From the human T2T-CHM13v2.0 reference genome, Homo sapiens, in assembly GCF_009914755.1 (NCBI RefSeq), contig NC_060926.1: DNA of 64,000 nt; one strand, given 5' to 3'. The position numbers were made by a program, and so were the translations under genes. Below are positions 58,488 through 64,000 of this stretch, piece after piece. Below the pieces are notes generated by a model. It saw nothing but the letters and a program-made list of their open reading frames with translations. It had not been told where the DNA came from and did no database searches. Each line of letters starts with the position of its first letter. Positions within the stretch are counted from its first letter, which is position 1.

Positions 58488-58653
58488 CTTCCAACCCAGT
58501 CCACTGCTATTCCATCTGGCTGCATTACGTATTTCAGTTTCAGGTCAACTTCCTGCACAAGATTATTGCGGCCGGATTCAAAGTTGGGGATGTAGGCACG
58601 TTTGATAGCACCAAACCTAGAGCCCTCCCCTCGCACAGTGTAATACACAACAC
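58488..58653 (-). CDS. LRP2: LRP2 exon 67
   Basis: [54 protein letters not shown]; AG/GT flanks. Confidence 0.96.
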
Positions 58654-60095
58654 CTACAGAGGAAGACACACAGGTCAGTTTCATGTCAAGAGCATCAAGT
58701 AAAGGAAGAACAGGGGTCTAATCAGGTGAAGTACTGTTCGTTTATTGACATCTCTACCTCCCTCCTCACTGTTGTTATAATATGAATAATTCAATGACAT
58801 CAGTATAATCAAACTTTAAAACCTATCAAACTTGAGCTATGAGCTACAAATGCTTCAACTGAGAACTTAGTGAGATTTAGTCATCTCTATTTAAAAGTGA
58901 TTCATTTAAACGTATTTCAACAAAGTGCTTATTTACTCTTATTAGGATCAAGTTCTAGTTTCCAAAACAGAATGTATAGAGATAAACCAGGGCAGGCTGT
59001 TGAGAATTTGAAAGCATACTCAAGATCAGAGGCAATAAAGAAGCCATGTCAACGAGAAGTCCTATTTTATATACAGACAGAAGGATGGTGGACAGCAGGC
59101 ATGTTAAAAGCATAGGAAGACTGTGACTGTAGAGGGATGCACTGGACACCTGCTGCTTTCCTAGGTATGCACCATTCTTGAAAAGTGTATTGTATTGCAT
59201 GAATATGTGTGAAAATACACCAATAATAAATCCTACATTGGTATAGTTATTGATAGTTTTCAAAGCCTTTCATATCTACTATCTCATTCAATCTTCCAAA
59301 CAACTCTCAGAGGTAAGCAGACAGAACAAGATTACTACTTTGATTTTGTAGAAAAAAAATTGAGATTCAGAGAATCGTTACAATTATTTAGGATCACAAA
59401 GCTAGTAGATAAGGGAGACTGGCATAAAAGATAAGTTTACAGGCACAGAAGACAAGTTTTCTGACTCCTACCCTACTGTCATCTCCCCCAACACCAGATA
59501 GAGCCATGAGAGATTCAACAATAAGCATTATTCATCTTTTTCCTTCATTCAACTAAATTTTTTGATCACCTACCACATAGAGTGTACTAGATGTTGGGTC
59601 AGCTGCTAGGCATTTAGAGATAAATTAGATTCAGTCTTTGTCCCCAAAAAGCAGATGTCTAGAGGATAGAAAGATATTATGTGGTCAACTAGCTATATAA
59701 CTTAGAGTAACATGTGCCATAAAATGACATAGATTCATGGTGAGCAATCATAGAACTCTGCCAGAAGGAGTGATAGAAGTTGTCACAGAGGTGGTGACAT
59801 TAAACTGGGTCTTTGAGGTCTGAGTAGAAATTTTCAAGGTGTACAATGGTAGGAAGGAACAAGATCTGCAGTATCAAGGACAAGGAAATTTCAAAATACA
59901 AGAAGATGTGAGATGGTCCAGAAAGGATAAACCCCAGTGATCGGAGGAGTTTTAGAAAGAAATCAGGAAAGCTTGGCTGGGATTCAAGGCCACGCTAAGG
60001 CATCAGGAGCATGCTGGATTGGAAGAGTTTCCTCCTCCACTAATGCAACAAAATTCACTCATTAAACAATAAATTCCTTAAAAGTCAACACCTTA

Positions 60096-60338
<243 letters not shown>

Positions 60339-61963
60339 CTATATAAAGTAGGATATAAAATGCACAGTATGTACCTGTCCCCTTTTTAAAGAACATGAGT
60401 TTTTATAGGAATCTGACTATCTCTGTTAATCAATAAAGCTGACTCTCCAACTGGGTTACAAAATCCGTGACTTGACATTCTCCACTTCAAGTGGAAAGCT
60501 AATATGTCTCTTAGGGACATTATCAGTTCTTTATTCTTTGTACTCAGTGGTAGTATGGAACAAAGCTAGACTGAGAACCCTACGTACAGTCCTCATTTTC
60601 ACTGAATTGTTTTTATTTACTGACATCAAAACAGACAAGACTGCAGACATTCTATCTCACAGAAGAAATACTTTTATAGTCTTACTAAAAGTTTACCAGA
60701 AAAGTCTCATTCCTTACTGTTTCCTGACAGATTTTATGATTCTTTTTAGCAGGTAATCAGCTCTATGACCCAATTTAGCTCCTAGCTAATGACAAAATAA
60801 ACCTAGCTTGTCCTTGATTTAATTTTTTTAACCTAAAGCAGCTACTTAATGGTGACTCATCCCAAGATGCACTGTCTAGAATTTGTTAAGTTTAATTTAC
60901 TTGCATAATGTCAACTGAATCCAATTTAAGTAACTTTTAAAAGTTCATTTTATATATTTCCTCTATCTTGACATTATGTTTTATATGAATATTCCAATTT
61001 GTTTCAGTCATGTCCTTAGTTAAAGGATTTAAACATTTAAAAAATTGCTGCTTAATTACCAGACCAACTGTTCAAATGCTTTCACTCTAGTTTTCATTCA
61101 CTGTCAACAGTGTTTTGAGGGTAAAATATGTAAGTATGCTAGTCAAATGTATGCTTTAAAAGCTCAATTTGTATGAAGAAATTGAACAGCCATTTTGGCC
61201 ATTTACTCTTAATTTACAAAATAAAGTGCTATTTTCTTATCAAGTTCCTTAAACTCTAGTACAAACTTCAAATTCAAAATAAAGACCCATGCCTCTTAAC
61301 TAGGATATGATGATTTAGATCAGGCCTCTGGAATTTGGAGTATAATACATCTGACTTACATTCTTTCTCTGTTTTTATCAGGCCCGATTGTCAGACACTG
61401 GCATCAACCTAAAACGTAAAACTCATGATTGAAGTTATGACTGTGCCAGACTCCTTTCTGCCTGTGATCAGTAGTCCATGAACAATACAAAAGGGATATG
61501 TCCTTGATTTGCCCCAATTCACGAGCCCTCTTGGACTACTGGGCCTCAAATCTTATTCTCAGTGGAGTGGGAGCTAGAGGGCCTTGTTACCTTCCTTTTA
61601 TTGATGACCATCCCATAGGCAAGCTTTTGTTATTGTTTGAGCCTTAAGAAAGATGACATCTTGTCCACTTTTTGAAGTTTTTATCAAGGTAGACAAGAGG
61701 CTAAATCCATTATAATAAGTAACACCTGGCTCTTGTTTTAATTGCTACATATTTGTTGGGGGATGTAGCTATTGTTTTAAGCTGGCAGGGGAGGAGAGAG
61801 AAGGAGCGACTAAAGAGGTGTTGGAAGAGAAGCAGCTGGCGAGTTTAAAAAAAAAGAAAGAAAAGAAAAACTATGAGAAGCTGAAGTTTCTTTCATCGTA
61901 TAGTGTACTTAGCAGTATTTATTTCCCCAAAAGTCAATTAATCCCAACATGAACCCATCATAC

Positions 61964-62095
61964 CCTCAGCTGCACATCGTTTTCCAGGGCGGTCACTCAT
62001 AGACGTGAAGCCATCAGCACAGACACACTCATAACTTCCTTTGGTATTTCTGCAGTGCTGGGGACAAGTCCCAAATTGTTCACATTCATTGATAT
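61964..62095 (-). CDS. LRP2: LRP2 exon 65 (Ca-binding EGF)
   Basis: [43 protein letters not shown]; AG/GT flanks. Confidence 0.97.
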
Positions 62096-63028
62096 CTGTA
62101 GGCAAAATAAAACCAAATACGCAACATCTGTTCCCATCCATTCCTTAGAGATCTTGCTTCTGTTTAAACCCATATTCACCAGCAATGAGGACCGAGAAGG
62201 GTACAGATGAAAATAAGCAATGATACAAACATTTGTGAAACACTAAGTTTCAGATACTGTTTCACATGCTTTTCAAATATTTTCCTCGTTTAGTCTTGCC
62301 AAAAGACTTTAAGAGGTATGGACGATTAAGCCCACAGTCCCAAAGCTGATAAGCAATGGAGACAGGATTTAAACTCTATGACTCTGCAATAGCAGAGCAC
62401 ATTTTCCCTTTCAGAAGGCATATGTTGTGTTGTATTGTTCGGTGTCTCTTCACTTCTGCTAACCAGCTTCAGGAACAGGAGTCATTGATTTAGTTTTTCA
62501 ATTGAGTTCTTAAGCTTCAAGTCCAAAAGGAACTCTTACAATCTTCTGACTATGACATATCATGAATTAGAAACAGTAAATTCAAATACTAAAAGGCACC
62601 TAAAATCATGCTCATCACTCACCATCTTGATAAGCTACCTTCTGACTCCATACCTTACAACTCATCTATGTCTGGCGTAAGTAGGTGTATAATAAATACG
62701 TGTTGGTTGTTTGACTTACAATGAAGAAAGTAAGCCTAGTTTGTTTTTTAAATTAACTTTGATTTCACACACTGGTGCAATAAGCAGCCATCATCACCAA
62801 GGCCTTCATCATTCATATCAATTCCACAGACTCTACTGAGCACACAGTATCTGACAAGCACTCAGGTAGGCACTGGTCAGATAGCATGCATGCAGGTGGG
62901 GGAAAGCAATTCTTGAGTAGTTTAATGACCTAGAACCATGAAACCATGAGTATGGTACCATTAAGGGAATTAAATAGTGATTTATTTAACAAAGGGGAGT
63001 GGGTGGAGAACCTTAGATGTAAAGTTCA

Positions 63029-63346
<318 letters not shown>

Positions 63347-63545
63347 TCAGGATTCCTATTTCTGATCGTGATCTGAATACCATTTAGATAAATGCATATA
63401 ATGCTAAAACTTTGAGGCAATTTTCACATTATATGCAGCACTCCTAGGCTTATCCTCAGAGCATCCAATTCTGGACTGCACAACTATGAAGCCTGACACT
63501 CTACAGCTATTACCACCTGCTCTACTATCTTTAATCCTATTGCAA

Positions 63546-63610
63546 ATAGATAGATCAATAGATAGATAGAGAGATAGATGATAGATCGATAGATAGATAA
63601 CAGATAGAAA

Positions 63611-63661
<51 letters not shown>

Positions 63662-63667
63662 AAAAAA
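63546..63667. repeat. Compound STR: imperfect (GATA)n followed by (AAAT)13
   Basis: Seen directly. Confidence 0.95.
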
Positions 63668-63762
63668 GACATGGATACAGATAGGTTAGAACAAAGTTAC
63701 AAATAGGAGGAAATTATAAAATTTTAAGAAGACTATAATTTCCCTAACATTGACCAATTGAT

Positions 63763-63766
<4 letters not shown>

Positions 63767-63808
<42 letters not shown>
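63767..63808. repeat. (CA)n microsatellite, ~21 units
   Basis: Seen directly. Confidence 0.95.
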
Positions 63809-63810
<2 letters not shown>

Positions 63811-64000
63811 TATATACATGTATATCAAGTGTTGACCAGGGTGCAGTAAAATACATAGAGTTCTAAATCATACAACTGCTCTTAGAGCCATAAATTAGTA
63901 CACAAGGAAAGAAATTTTGTACTATGTATGTATGCACCAAGGACTTTAAAAATATTCATACTCTTTTACCCAGTTATTCCATGTTAATGAATTTTCCCTT

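Overview
Human (primate) genomic DNA, recognisable as chr2q31.1. It carries the last exon of DHRS9 (+ strand, 1233-1456 plus 3'UTR), a ~31 kb intergenic region, and the last 16 exons of LRP2/megalin on the - strand (exons 64-79 by back-counting from the stop, 63192->34360; 3'UTR to ~32800), arranged tail-to-tail. The intergenic region holds a UBE2V1 processed pseudogene, a decayed ~5.7 kb L1, solo LTRs, Alus, MIR/L2/L3 and hAT remnants. I found no new protein-coding system; the other ORF-track entries are repeat-derived or chance ORFs. The notable signals are unusual L1-mediated events: a HERV-H mRNA retroposed as a processed copy into an LRP2 intron, a short L1 with a 3' transduction, a TSD-flanked 50-bp insert nested in the pseudogene, and a 3'-truncated Alu that keeps its TSD. 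Also seen: a 110-bp local duplication, several strong CTCF motifs, tandem LRP2 polyA sites separating miR-148/152 and miR-146 seed sites, tandem splice acceptors, and LRP2 coding alleles E4094 and L4210. Repeat subfamily names are recalled from consensus sequences, not from a RepeatMasker run.
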